DNA of 63,340 bases, filler included, from Octopus bimaculoides (lineage: Eukaryota), in the NCBI RefSeq assembly GCF_001194135.2. It is 8 parts of 8 records of this genome, joined end to end, with 100 filler letters (N's around TTAATTAATTAA, not from the genome) between each part and the next. Parts side by side here need not be neighbours in the genome. Positions count along the whole stretch, not along the records: positions 60,085 to 63,340 come from NC_068996.1; 7 more parts are not named here. One strand, given 5' to 3'. Both the position numbers and the translations under genes were made by a program. Under the pieces are notes generated by a model. The model was given only the letters and a program-made list of their open reading frames with translations, was not told the origin of the DNA and did not search any database. Below, piece by piece: positions 63,277 through 63,340 of this stretch. Each line of letters starts with the position of its first letter. The first letter of the stretch is position 1.

Positions 63277-63340
<64 letters not shown>

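Overview
AT-rich, repeat-dense animal genomic DNA. Its SINE families resemble those I associate with Octopus (inference, not a database result). Seven identical 100-bp joins (44 N + TTAATTAATTAA + 44 N) split the window into eight segments whose true adjacency is unproven. Protein-coding content is sparse: one complete intronless class A GPCR (16903-18204, minus), two phase-compatible plus-strand exons resembling a ceramide-kinase-type N-terminal PH domain (1484-1574, 12640-13050), and weak candidate 5' exons at the right end. The rest is about five modular tRNA-derived SINE families, decayed LINE fragments (RTE, R4/Dong, Tx1, CR1/L2), pogo and Merlin transposase relics, MITEs/foldbacks and microsatellites. 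The most notable signal is a type I hammerhead ribozyme with an intact core and Schistosoma-like tertiary-contact geometry (36000-36064), in a ~220-bp structured cassette inside a SINE (possible retrozyme remnant). A second, Penelope-type minimal hammerhead family occurs as two damaged copies (52224-52269, 53139-53179). Repeat boundaries are read by eye and approximate (about 10-20 bp). SINE family letters A-E and repeat labels X/Y are my own.
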